Origin: a virus
Lineage: Duplodnaviria > Heunggongvirae > Uroviricota > Caudoviricetes
Length of the DNA: 64,000 nucleotides
Strand: one strand, 5' to 3'
IMG/VR virus record: IMGVR_UViG_3300046786_000272
Span: 14,062-78,061 of that record
A program made the position numbers and the translations under genes. The notes under the pieces are model-generated. The model saw nothing but the letters and a program-made list of their open reading frames with translations, searched no databases and was not told where the DNA came from. Below are positions 10,032 through 19,692 of this stretch, piece by piece. Positions within the stretch are counted from its first letter, which is position 1. Every line of letters starts with the position of its first letter.

Positions 10032-11211
10032 ACTTATTTACATGGGACTAGAGCCCTATAAAGCACGATACACATTGCAACTACAGCAGTGGAATACACG
10101 TGTATTTGAAAAACGCAAAATTACATACGTAGTCGTTCCGGGTGAAACACTTGATGATGAAGAAGCTATTGTTACTGGTCAAGTACTAGATGCACATGGT
10201 CGTAGTTATTTTGCCATGAGCCAGATGATGAATCTTGTTATGTGGATGAAGCAAGGTAAAATCAATAATGAAGACGTTATCTATTTTGAAGACATGTTTC
10301 AACCGGGCTTTGAGAGCTTGCCTTATATTCTTAATCAAGTCCCTGCATCGCATCGTCCGAAGATTTATGTTAGGTGTTTGGCGCAGTCAATTGATCCTGA
10401 CGATTTTGTTCACGTTTGGGGGATGTCCAAATGGATGGGACTCTATGAACAGATGGTTTGTGAGGCCGTACTACAATCTGGCGGTGCAGTTCTTGCGACT
10501 AACGAAGAAATGGTCATCAACATGAAGATTGCAGGTTGGACAGCACCGATCTACAATATCAGTGGTTTAGCATTTGGCATGGATGAAGTACGTGAACGTG
10601 TAAATCATCAACTTAAACCATTTGAAGAACGAGCTATGCGTGTTGTATTCTCAGCACGTTGGGATCAAGAGAAACAACCAGACTTCTATATGGATCTGAT
10701 TGAAGAATGGCATGAGCGTTATGGCAACAACGTTGAGTTCTGTGTTTGCTCAGGTAGTAAATTAAAAAGCAATAATGATAGCTATATGGCTCGTACCCGT
10801 GACTTAGTAAGTCGTGGTTTATTGACATTGCATGAGGATTTGAATAAGAATGATTACTACAATATTGTTAATAATAGTCGTGTTGTCTTTAATTGTGCTT
10901 TACAAGACTGGGTTTCGAACACCGTTAGCGAAGCCGATGCTCTTGGTTGTAATGTTCTCTATCCTGCTTATCGTAGCTTCCCTGAGACATTCGCCAACGA
11001 TGCATCTAGACTTTACGTTCCTTGGTCTATAGATGACGCTATTAACAAACTACATCCATTATTGAGAGACCCTCATTATAATCAAGGTGCTATCGCAAAA
11101 CATAACGATGGTACCATAGACAGAATTTGTGACATCCTTGAAGGTAAGGGTGAACAATATTTGCGAATGTCAACTGACTATCGCAAGCATACACGTGAAG
11201 CAAAATATTAA
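10024..11211 (+). CDS. putative GT-B-fold glycosyltransferase; weak resemblance to T4 DNA alpha/beta-glucosyltransferases
   Basis: N-terminus MRRLIYMGLEPYKARYT resembles T4 AGT/BGT starts; size and sugar-metabolism context fit; similarity is weak. Confidence 0.35.
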   Translation: MRRLIYMGLEPYKARYTLQLQQWNTRVFEKRKITYVVVPGETLDDEEAIVTGQVLDAHGRSYFAMSQMMNLVMWMKQGKINNEDVIYFEDMFQPGFESLPYILNQVPASHRPKIYVRCLAQSIDPDDFVHVWGMSKWMGLYEQMVCEAVLQSGGAVLATNEEMVINMKIAGWTAPIYNISGLAFGMDEVRERVNHQLKPFEERAMRVVFSARWDQEKQPDFYMDLIEEWHERYGNNVEFCVCSGSKLKSNNDSYMARTRDLVSRGLLTLHEDLNKNDYYNIVNNSRVVFNCALQDWVSNTVSEADALGCNVLYPAYRSFPETFANDASRLYVPWSIDDAINKLHPLLRDPHYNQGAIAKHNDGTIDRICDILEGKGEQYLRMSTDYRKHTREAKY

Positions 11212-11221
11212 GGAGAAAATT

Positions 11222-11416
11222 ATGAGCGCACAAAATGATATTGAAACAAGCTTGGCAGCATACAATGCTGAAAATGAAAAGTTTAACAAAGGCAATGCGG
11301 CAGCAGGTACACGTGCCCGTAAGGCCCTTGCTGAACTAGCTAAAGCAGTTAAGGCTCGCCGTAATGAAATTACAGCAGAAAAAGCCGCACGTGCAGAAGC
11401 AAAAGCTAAGGCTTAA
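11222..11416 (+). CDS. small Ala/Lys-rich histone-like DNA-binding protein (64 aa)
   Basis: GGAGAAAATT RBS then ATG; KALAELAKAVKARRNEITAEKAARAEAKAKA; GC-rich codons. Confidence 0.55.
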   Translation: MSAQNDIETSLAAYNAENEKFNKGNAAAGTRARKALAELAKAVKARRNEITAEKAARAEAKAKA

Positions 11417-11418
11417 TT

Positions 11419-11712
11419 ATGGCACTGACTCCAGCAAATGACCGTATCTTGGTCAAGCCGCAGGAAGTAAAGACTAGAACTGAGTCAGGGTTTTATATCC
11501 CTGACTCGGCTCAAGAGAAACTACCGCGTGGTACAGTATTCAAGGTAGGCAAAGGTCGCAGACTAGACGACGGTACTTTCGCTACACCTGAAGTAAAAGA
11601 GGGCGATGTAGTCATCTACACTGAATCAGGTCCTCAAAAGATTACGGTGGGAAATCAAGACTACATTGTAATGAAAGAAGAAGATATTCTTTGTATAGTA
11701 GACGAAGAATGA
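11419..11712 (+). CDS. groES: Co-chaperonin GroES (Cpn10)
   Basis: DRILVKPQEV...GKGRRLDDG...VKEGDVVIY...ILCIVDE aligns to GroES along its length. Confidence 0.85.
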   Translation: MALTPANDRILVKPQEVKTRTESGFYIPDSAQEKLPRGTVFKVGKGRRLDDGTFATPEVKEGDVVIYTESGPQKITVGNQDYIVMKEEDILCIVDEE

Positions 11713-11779
11713 TAAATAGTTGTGAGACACAACGGTCTCACAATGTCAAAACAAAAACCATCACAAAGGAAGGTTATCT

Positions 11780-12460
11780 ATGAGTTATAATAAAACAAAA
11801 ACAGATCCAGCATTGGGTCAACGAGTGCATGAGCACTTAGTCAAAATGGGAGTCGAAACCCCTACATTTCAAACATCAATGGATCGTAAAGATAAGATAG
11901 CAGAGATTGAAAAGTCTTTCAGTCATATCATGCAAGTCTTGGGACTTGATTTAGAAGATGATAGTCTTATGGAAACACCCAAGCGTGTTGCTAAGATGTA
12001 TGTCAATGAAATCTTTTGGGGTCTAGATTATGAAGCTTTTCCAAAGTGTACAACCGTTGATAATAAGATGCAGTATAATGAAATGGTCGTGGAACGTAAT
12101 GTTAACGTCCAAAGTAACTGTGAACATCACTTTGTCGTTATTGACGGCCTCGCTACTGTGGCATATGTTCCTAAGCAAAGAGTCCTCGGACTATCTAAAA
12201 TCAATCGAATCGTGGAATACTTTTCTAAGCGACCACAGATTCAAGAGCGTCTTACTGAACAAATCTTTCACACCCTACAGTTCATCCTTGATACAGAAGA
12301 CGTTGCAGTTATGATTGACGCACAACACTATTGCGTTAAGAGTCGAGGTGTAGAAGATACAGGTAGTTCAACTGTTACTTGTCGCTTAGGTGGTGGTTTC
12401 AAAACTGACCCTGCGGCACGACAAGAGTTCTTGCAGATTGCAAACAAGGGTTGCAAATGA
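11780..12460 (+). CDS. folE: GTP cyclohydrolase I
   Basis: NCEHHFVVIDG (CEHH zinc motif), 226 aa, FolE-like throughout. Confidence 0.85.
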   Translation: MSYNKTKTDPALGQRVHEHLVKMGVETPTFQTSMDRKDKIAEIEKSFSHIMQVLGLDLEDDSLMETPKRVAKMYVNEIFWGLDYEAFPKCTTVDNKMQYNEMVVERNVNVQSNCEHHFVVIDGLATVAYVPKQRVLGLSKINRIVEYFSKRPQIQERLTEQIFHTLQFILDTEDVAVMIDAQHYCVKSRGVEDTGSSTVTCRLGGGFKTDPAARQEFLQIANKGCK

Positions 12461-12894
12461 GTGAAATTATTGAAGATACTATCAGTAGAAATAAAAAATT
12501 TCAAGAAGAAAGAACTCGCAGATTAAAAAGAATGCGAGAACTTAAAGCACCTGATATCATAATTCAAACTGAAGAAATGATATCAAAAATGACTATAGCG
12601 GAATATAACATCTTCTGTCAGCAAGCCGATCAAGAAGATAAAAAAATTAAAGCAGAATACGCTAAAAATAATCCCATTCAAAAACATATAGTTGATGAAA
12701 TTTATGATAGGGAAAGCAAACTCTCTTATACTTTCCTTACTTACTCATCTACTGTACAGTGGACGATGGCGATTAATCCTTTGAGTTTTATGAGTGCAGA
12801 TGATTACTATAATGATTTGTATCAAACTTTTTTAGACCATGCCCAAGAACTTTATCAAAAGAGATTCAAAGAACAATGGGAAGCTGACCAATGA
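12451..12894 (+). CDS. hypothetical protein (147 aa)
   Basis: ORF in series with neighbours. Confidence 0.5.
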   Translation: MQMSEIIEDTISRNKKFQEERTRRLKRMRELKAPDIIIQTEEMISKMTIAEYNIFCQQADQEDKKIKAEYAKNNPIQKHIVDEIYDRESKLSYTFLTYSSTVQWTMAINPLSFMSADDYYNDLYQTFLDHAQELYQKRFKEQWEADQ

Positions 12895-12957
12895 ACTTAC
12901 TAATTTTATTAATCGTAGTTGCAGTCGCTGTAACAATCATTCGTAGATTGCCAAAGA

Positions 12958-13257
12958 GTGATTGTACAGGTGATTGCAATCAAGGACGTAACTGTGACTG
13001 CAAAAATAAACAGTCTTAATATGACTCCTGAAGAGGCCCAAGCTTTCATTAGAAAGATAATGGGACCTCCCAAACGAGTATTAGAAGGTACCGAACGTGA
13101 GCACATGCTAACTGTGTTGCGTTTGGTTGAACCTATTAGGTCAACGAATAATCAACGTTCATTCACTGATGAATATGTACATGCTGGAAAGATGTATGAT
13201 GTTCATTACTTTGAAGGTGAAACTGTAGTGGAGGAATATTTAGATGAGGAATCTTAA
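12958..13257 (+). CDS. hypothetical protein (99 aa)
   Basis: ORF. Confidence 0.45.
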   Translation: MIVQVIAIKDVTVTAKINSLNMTPEEAQAFIRKIMGPPKRVLEGTEREHMLTVLRLVEPIRSTNNQRSFTDEYVHAGKMYDVHYFEGETVVEEYLDEES

Positions 13258-13435
13258 ATTAATTGATGCAGTGGTAGCATTGCATGAAATAAAGAGATTA
13301 GTGGAAGAAGAATGTGGTATCTGTAGAGTAAGTATAGAGATAGAACGATGTGCTAACCAACTACATGAAATGTCATTGCAAGATGCAAAGAATAGTATAA
13401 TTGCAGGACAAGTTATTCAGAAAGCTAAAGAATGA
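13244..13435 (+). CDS. hypothetical protein (63 aa)
   Basis: ORF overlapping its neighbours by a few nt. Confidence 0.4.
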   Translation: MRNLKLIDAVVALHEIKRLVEEECGICRVSIEIERCANQLHEMSLQDAKNSIIAGQVIQKAKE

Positions 13436-13902
13436 TTTTCAATCATGTTAAAAAACTTAAACAAGAAGGCAAGAGAATTGGCATCACGTTTAGTACGTTC
13501 GATATGTTACATGCGGGACATATTGCTATGCTTAGTGAAGCGAAGAATCACTGCGATTATCTTATTGCAGGACTTCAAACAGACCCTACAATCGACCGTC
13601 CAGACACTAAAAATAAACCTATTCAAAGTATTGTGGAACGTCAAATCCAACTGGCTGCGTGTCGTTACGTTGACGAAGTGGTTGTGTATAGTACAGAGCA
13701 GGACCTCGCTGATCTCTTACTCATACTTCCGGTGGATGTCAGAATCCTTGGTGTTGAATATGCCGATACAGAGTTCTCGGGTAAAAGTGAGTGCGAACTC
13801 AGATCCATCAGTCTTGTCTTTAATGGTAGAGATCACTCCTTTAGCTCCAGTAGCCTACGTAAACGTGTCTATGATAGTGAAACCAAAAAGCGAGGACAAT
13901 AA
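13432..13902 (+). CDS. Cytidylyltransferase-family nucleotidyltransferase (RfaE-II/TagD-like)
   Basis: GITFSTFDMLHAGHIAMLSEAK HxGH motif; 156 aa. Confidence 0.7.
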   Translation: MIFNHVKKLKQEGKRIGITFSTFDMLHAGHIAMLSEAKNHCDYLIAGLQTDPTIDRPDTKNKPIQSIVERQIQLAACRYVDEVVVYSTEQDLADLLLILPVDVRILGVEYADTEFSGKSECELRSISLVFNGRDHSFSSSSLRKRVYDSETKKRGQ

Positions 13903-14204
13903 TGAGTAATTTTTACAATTCGTTCATGAGTAAATACCGTGTCAAACATGTGCAGGTAGTTCGTGACCGCAATTTTGAGACTATCAATTACAGTTACAAT
14001 CAATCTGCTAGTTATTACGCTGATCGTGAAGAACTTATTGAAATGGAACTCACACGTAGTGGATTTGAAGATTTGGTCAAGATGGATCGTGAGTATGACA
14101 ACATATGGCAAGACCAGCGTGATGAAGCATACTTGCGTAGAACGTACCCTGCAGTAGCAGAAGCATATAGTAAATATCGTATGATGTTAGAACTGTACAA
14201 ATAA
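13902..14204 (+). CDS. hypothetical protein (100 aa)
   Basis: ATGA overlap. Confidence 0.5.
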   Translation: MSNFYNSFMSKYRVKHVQVVRDRNFETINYSYNQSASYYADREELIEMELTRSGFEDLVKMDREYDNIWQDQRDEAYLRRTYPAVAEAYSKYRMMLELYK

Positions 14205-14213
14205 AAAGAAGAT

Positions 14214-15236
14214 ATGCTAAAAAAGAACGTATACATATTATATCCTGCAGGATACTACGGAACATATGTTAATTGGGCAATAAACATTTCGGATTCTGAT
14301 AGGGCTAAAGAAACAGTACTTGATCCTATCAATAGAGAGAAAAGTGATGAGTATGGTGGGGTAGGTACTAGCCACTTACATACAAAGATTCCAACTCATC
14401 AGGGACCAATGAGTCACTTTATGTGGGTAATGTATAACAAGCCAGTTGATACTAGGATATATAATATCAATATGGGCGCAGATACTTTGCCCCCTCTAGA
14501 AAAGACAATCTCAATATTATTAAACTCTGACCCCGACCCAACAATCATTGTTATCCATGACAACAGTGAAATGGACATGATAAATTTCGGGACCATCAAT
14601 GCTATAACAAAATGGCCTACTCAGTTTGCTATTAGGGCAATATACGAGCTATTTGGTCCTGATAAGAAATTGTATAAGTTTGATCCATTCAACTGTGCTG
14701 ATGATATAAATTTTAGAAACTTAATAGTTGAGCACCACTCTATACTGACTAGAAGGAACAATCCGATCAATCACGCAACGTTGAAGAACTTTGTCAATAT
14801 GGAAGACTCTTGGTACAGAATAAGAAATAAACTTCAACCGCATGAGATAAACGAAGAAACTTACATAAATCCACAAACATATGTTATGGATGACAAGTAT
14901 AAGTCAAACATTTTTGAACTATCTTGCTTAAATGTAGTCACACCACAATTTCCAGACATTCTTGAAAATATATTAAATTTATCTAAACTCAGTGATTCTT
15001 ATGATACAAGTCAGGTAAGAACTATACACCAATCTTTCATTGACTCACAACCCAATCTCAAGTGGTTTGATTCTATAAACAATTGGAGAGAAACAGGAGT
15101 TTTGGATAAATATCTACTTTCCCATTCATGCATACAGGGCATGGTTCTTAAAGAATTACTAGAAAAGAATGCCAATTTAAAAGATACTATAGATTGGAAA
15201 ACAATGTCTTTAGAAGATATTAACCAATTTTGGTAA
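14214..15236 (+). CDS. hypothetical protein (340 aa), AT-rich gene
   Basis: Long ORF; lower GC than the flanking genes. Confidence 0.55.
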   Translation: MLKKNVYILYPAGYYGTYVNWAINISDSDRAKETVLDPINREKSDEYGGVGTSHLHTKIPTHQGPMSHFMWVMYNKPVDTRIYNINMGADTLPPLEKTISILLNSDPDPTIIVIHDNSEMDMINFGTINAITKWPTQFAIRAIYELFGPDKKLYKFDPFNCADDINFRNLIVEHHSILTRRNNPINHATLKNFVNMEDSWYRIRNKLQPHEINEETYINPQTYVMDDKYKSNIFELSCLNVVTPQFPDILENILNLSKLSDSYDTSQVRTIHQSFIDSQPNLKWFDSINNWRETGVLDKYLLSHSCIQGMVLKELLEKNANLKDTIDWKTMSLEDINQFW

Positions 15237-15313
15237 ATACAATAGCGGCCTTGGCTTCATCCCGCTTTACAAACTCTGCCAGCCTATGCTATAATTAACA
15301 TAGGAGAAAAAGC

Positions 15314-15817
15314 ATGTCATTACAACCAGTCAGTTATAAATTTACAAGTACTAAAGAGTACCACGATTCATTCCCTTGCGCTTATCGCCAATGGAGAGCA
15401 GATAGTCACTGCAATATGATTCACGGTTACAGTTTCAGTATGAAGTTCTATTTTGGTACAAACGACCTAGATGTTCGCAATTGGGCGGCAGACTATGGTG
15501 GACTAAAAGAATTGAAAAAGATTCTTGAGGATCAATTTGACCACACATTACTAGTCGCACAAGACGATCCCGAACTTGAAACATTCAAGATGCTACAAGA
15601 AAAGAAATTAGCTAAACTAACTATTCTTCCACGAATCGGTTGCGAGAGTTTAGCAGACATGCTTTACAAGTATGTCAATGGCGTTTACATCCCTGACATG
15701 TGGGGTCAAGGTGAAGCAGAACGTCTATGGTGTTATCGTGTAGAAGTACGTGAGACACAAAGCAACATGGCTTTCCGTGAAGGTCATCGTGAATGGAATG
15801 AGGATTTGCTTGCGTGA
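15314..15817 (+). CDS. queD: 6-carboxy-5,6,7,8-tetrahydropterin synthase (QueD / PTPS family)
   Basis: HCNMIHGYSF resembles the QueD CxxxHGH zinc motif; PTPS-like length and context with FolE/QueE. Confidence 0.65.
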   Translation: MSLQPVSYKFTSTKEYHDSFPCAYRQWRADSHCNMIHGYSFSMKFYFGTNDLDVRNWAADYGGLKELKKILEDQFDHTLLVAQDDPELETFKMLQEKKLAKLTILPRIGCESLADMLYKYVNGVYIPDMWGQGEAERLWCYRVEVRETQSNMAFREGHREWNEDLLA

Positions 15818-16578
15818 ATGATGTTAAGCAATTAACAATAGCAGGTTCATCTATACTTATTCCCTGGACATCTCAATACAAAGAACTGCTTTTCTTTCAA
15901 GCAGTTCCTAGAGATAATAGAACGATAGACGATATAGATGAAGATGCTAGAATAGCTAAACTAAAACGTAGATTCGAATACACATTGAATCCTCTATTAG
16001 AAACTTTAGCAAAACTTCCAGTAGGTGCTACTATACTGGACATAGGCGCCGGCAACAGTTTAATAGACGTAATCATTAATGCAAAGTTTCTAGATAAAAA
16101 ATTTAAATTTATTTTAGTAGACGAAGATAATACATATCCACCAAAGGATCCTAGTAATGAATTCTACAAAAATGATTATACGACATATAATGATTGGTTC
16201 TTTATTGAGAAATTAGTAGAAGTCAATAATATGGATATCAACTCATTTACAAAAAAATTACCTGAAGCTGATTGGTCCGATACCCCAGTTGATTTAGTAA
16301 TTTCATCAGCATCATGGGGATGGCATTATCCAATTGATACCTATTTAAATAAAACACATACTGTATTGAAAGACAGTGGTTATTTGTATATCAGTGAGGT
16401 ACTCAACGTTGATGACTCACTTGAAAAACTATCTAATATATTTAAACCGATTAATGTGACTATGAGTAAGTTTTCACCTACCCAATCACTAATCGAAAAC
16501 AAGAGAGTTCTAGTTTTTGTAGTTGCTAATAAGATGGATGTTCGTAAATTTGCATTTATATTCTTAGGACAAAAATAA
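15814..16578 (+). CDS. Class I SAM-dependent methyltransferase-fold protein
   Basis: ILDIGAGNSLIDVI motif I (GxGxG) about 70 aa from the N-terminus; ATGA overlap with queD. Confidence 0.5.
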   Translation: MNDVKQLTIAGSSILIPWTSQYKELLFFQAVPRDNRTIDDIDEDARIAKLKRRFEYTLNPLLETLAKLPVGATILDIGAGNSLIDVIINAKFLDKKFKFILVDEDNTYPPKDPSNEFYKNDYTTYNDWFFIEKLVEVNNMDINSFTKKLPEADWSDTPVDLVISSASWGWHYPIDTYLNKTHTVLKDSGYLYISEVLNVDDSLEKLSNIFKPINVTMSKFSPTQSLIENKRVLVFVVANKMDVRKFAFIFLGQK

Positions 16579-16580
16579 CT

Positions 16581-17663
16581 GTGCAGTTTGTACTAAAATC
16601 AGAAAGTGACTATAAAAGACCAGAGTCGTATTTAAAAGACTTTGGATGTTTTAGAATATCACGTTACTTGGAAATTCATACTAACGGGGACGTAAGTATA
16701 TGCTGTCATTCTTGGTTACCTGAATTTTGCGGTAATATACTCACTGATACAGTTGAAGATATTCTTAATAATTCTAATAGGCTGTCTATGATAAAAGACA
16801 TGGACAGTGGAGAATTCACTAATTGCAATGACCATTGTCCGTTTATTAGTGCTATGCTTTCTGGTAAACAAGAATCAGTTAATTTCATAGTACCACTACG
16901 TGCATTACCCTTTCACAAGAAGAACAAGCCGCTAGTGATTAACTTTAGTTATGACCAGTCGTGTAACTTACAATGCCCTAGCTGTAGAAATTCTTTAATA
17001 CTTCATAAAGTAGGAGAGAATAACTTGTTAGTTAGAGTTCATGCAGGGGTAGAAAAACTAGTTGATTATCTATTATCACAGGGTGAAAATCTTGTTTTGA
17101 ATATTACTGGCAGCGGTGATGCTTTTGCTAGCCCCACATATTGGCAGTATTTAAAAACACTATCAACTAAAAATATAGGAGCTAATCTCCAAATCAAATT
17201 GATGACTAACGGTATCTTAATGACTGAAGCACGATGGAATGATATAAAGCCGTTATGGAATAATATTACTCACATAGGGGTAAGCATTGATGCGTTTACT
17301 AATGAAACTTACTCAAAGATAAGAGTCAATGGATCTAAAGCTACACTAGATAAAAATTTAAAAATTCTCAATGAACTCATTAAGAATAAAAGCTTTACAA
17401 GATTAACAGGTTGGCAAACTAACTATACTGTGCAAAAAGATAACTACAAAGAGCTTATAGATTATGTTAATTGGCAACTGTCATATGACCAACTGTCAAC
17501 TATATTTTTTAACTGTATAGATCAATGGGGTCATTTGAATGACATGACATTCAACCAATTAAATATAAATCAAGAAGACAAACTACTATTAAAAGAAATA
17601 TTATCTAACGACATTTTTAATAATAAAAAAGTAATGTTAGGGAACCTAAACTCATTTAGATAA
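16581..17663 (+). CDS. Radical SAM enzyme with atypical N-terminal Cys-rich extension
   Basis: CNLQCPSC (CxxxCxxC) near residue 128; additional N-terminal cysteines (ICCHSW..FCGN..CNDHCPF); GTG start. Confidence 0.55.
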   Translation: MQFVLKSESDYKRPESYLKDFGCFRISRYLEIHTNGDVSICCHSWLPEFCGNILTDTVEDILNNSNRLSMIKDMDSGEFTNCNDHCPFISAMLSGKQESVNFIVPLRALPFHKKNKPLVINFSYDQSCNLQCPSCRNSLILHKVGENNLLVRVHAGVEKLVDYLLSQGENLVLNITGSGDAFASPTYWQYLKTLSTKNIGANLQIKLMTNGILMTEARWNDIKPLWNNITHIGVSIDAFTNETYSKIRVNGSKATLDKNLKILNELIKNKSFTRLTGWQTNYTVQKDNYKELIDYVNWQLSYDQLSTIFFNCIDQWGHLNDMTFNQLNINQEDKLLLKEILSNDIFNNKKVMLGNLNSFR

Positions 17664-17671
17664 GGCATATT

Positions 17672-18847
17672 ATGAACAAAACAACAAAAAATGTAGCAGT
17701 GATCGGTGCAGGCATCACTGGCATCACCACAGCATATTATCTTGCTAAACAAGGTTATCAAGTAACTGTCTACGAACAAGAACCACATGCGGCAATGCGT
17801 ACTAGCTTTGCTAATGGTGGTCAAGTATCAGTAAGCAACAGTGAAGTTTGGACTACATGGAGCAACGTCAAGAAGGGCATTAAGTGGCTCTTTAAGAAAG
17901 ATGCCCCATTACTGATTCGTCCTCGCTTAGACTTTAAGCAATGGAAGTGGATCGCTAAGTTCTTGTATAACACTGCTACCAATCAGTATGAAAAGAATAC
18001 TAGCGAAACAATCAAGATGGGTCTGGAGTCTAGTAAATTGTACAAAGAAATTATGTACACTGAGAAACTAAGTTTTGACCAATCACCATCGGGTATTCTT
18101 CACTTCTATAAAGATGAACAATACTTTGAGGCTGCGAAACAAGCACAATATATCTATCGTAAGAATGGTTGTGAGTGGGATATTGTTGATACCCAACGAG
18201 TTAAAGAACTAGACAGTACACTAGAGAACGTTGAAGGTATTGTCGGTGGTGCTTGGACATTGAGTGATTGGACAGGTGACATTCACAAGTTTTGTATTGA
18301 ACTTGAAAAAGTATTAGTAAAAAAATACGGTGTAGTGTTTAACTATAATTGGAAGATCAATCATATTGAAGAAGTTTCATTCTATGATGCTGTAGTGATT
18401 TCGAATGGTGTAGGTAGCACTCAATTAGCAAAGACGGTAGGAGATAGTATTGATGTTTATCCCGTAAAAGGATACAGCATCACTATCAATAATGTAGATA
18501 AGAAACATCTACCTGTAGTCAGTCTGTTAGATGACCAAGCTAAGATTGTTACAAGTAGTTTGGGTAATCGTTTTCGTGTTGCGGGTACTGCTGAACTAGC
18601 GGGTGAGAACTATGATATTCGTCATGACCGTATCAAACCATTACTTGATTGGGTAAGAACTAACTTCCCAAACATGAGCACACATGATTATACTAGCTGG
18701 GCATGTCTCAGACCAATGACTCCTAATATGATGCCTATTACCAAAAGAAGTGACAAGAACAGTAAAGTATATTATAATACAGGACACGGGCACTTAGGCT
18801 GGACCTTAGCACCATATACAGCAAAACTTATTTCGGAACAAGTATGA
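17672..18847 (+). CDS. FAD-dependent oxidoreductase (DAO / glycine-D-amino-acid oxidase family)
   Basis: VAVIGAGITGITTAYYLAKQGYQVTVYE dinucleotide-binding fold; 391 aa. Confidence 0.75.
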   Translation: MNKTTKNVAVIGAGITGITTAYYLAKQGYQVTVYEQEPHAAMRTSFANGGQVSVSNSEVWTTWSNVKKGIKWLFKKDAPLLIRPRLDFKQWKWIAKFLYNTATNQYEKNTSETIKMGLESSKLYKEIMYTEKLSFDQSPSGILHFYKDEQYFEAAKQAQYIYRKNGCEWDIVDTQRVKELDSTLENVEGIVGGAWTLSDWTGDIHKFCIELEKVLVKKYGVVFNYNWKINHIEEVSFYDAVVISNGVGSTQLAKTVGDSIDVYPVKGYSITINNVDKKHLPVVSLLDDQAKIVTSSLGNRFRVAGTAELAGENYDIRHDRIKPLLDWVRTNFPNMSTHDYTSWACLRPMTPNMMPITKRSDKNSKVYYNTGHGHLGWTLAPYTAKLISEQV

Positions 18848-19692
18848 GTCATTTAAAAATATCAGAGTTATTTTACAGCATTCAAGGTGAGGGTAAATTC
18901 ATGGGAGTTCCCTCTGTGTTTTTACGAACATATGGATGTAATTTTACATGCGGTGGATTCGGCATGCCTAAAGGAGAATTGAGTAGTGAGAGAGATGTTA
19001 TTGCGATTAAAGCAGAAGATTATACAGATTATAAATCCTTACCACTTGTCAGTACGGGCTGTGACTCTTATGCATCTTGGGACCCTGCTTTTAAACACCT
19101 TAGTCCTGTTCTCGATACCGATGTTATTGCTGACAGCATTGTTAGTACACTTCCTAGAGGTCGTTGGATGGATGAGCACTTGGTTATCACGGGCGGTGAA
19201 CCTCTTCTTGGATGGCAAAGAGCGTATCCAGACTTACTTTCACATGAAAAAATGAAAAGTCTTAAAGAGATGACGTTTGAAACGAACGGCACTCAGCGCA
19301 TCAGTGAAGAATTTGGTAAATACTTGCATCAATGGCAACGCAACAGAGCAAAAGACGCTATCACATTCAGTGTCAGTCCTAAACTCAGCATTAGTGGTGA
19401 GAAGTGGGAAGAAGCAATCTGTCCTGATATAGTATCTCATTATAAACAATATGGCTTTGTTTACTTGAAGTTTGTTGTTGCAACTAAGGAAGATGTTAAA
19501 GAAGCTGAACAAGCAGTTGACGAATATCGCAAACGAGGTTTTACAGGTCCTGTGTATTTGATGCCGTGCGGTGGTGTTGAGAGTTTGTATAGCTTGAATG
19601 CACGTAATGTAGCAATCGAAGCAATGAATAGAGGATGGCGTTACAGTGATAGATTGCAAGTGCCGTTGTTTAAAAATGAATGGGGAACATGA
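18844..19692 (+). CDS. queE: Radical SAM 7-carboxy-7-deazaguanine synthase (QueE)-like
   Basis: FLRTYGCNFTCGGFG cluster region, QueE-like size, position in the FolE/QueD context; motif is a variant. Confidence 0.55.
   Translation: MSHLKISELFYSIQGEGKFMGVPSVFLRTYGCNFTCGGFGMPKGELSSERDVIAIKAEDYTDYKSLPLVSTGCDSYASWDPAFKHLSPVLDTDVIADSIVSTLPRGRWMDEHLVITGGEPLLGWQRAYPDLLSHEKMKSLKEMTFETNGTQRISEEFGKYLHQWQRNRAKDAITFSVSPKLSISGEKWEEAICPDIVSHYKQYGFVYLKFVVATKEDVKEAEQAVDEYRKRGFTGPVYLMPCGGVESLYSLNARNVAIEAMNRGWRYSDRLQVPLFKNEWGT

Noticed and set aside
10024-11211. Confident assignment of 10024..11211 as a T4 alpha- or beta-glucosyltransferase orthologue
   Set aside because: Only weak N-terminal and patchy resemblance. 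It is kept as a generic putative GT-B glycosyltransferase.
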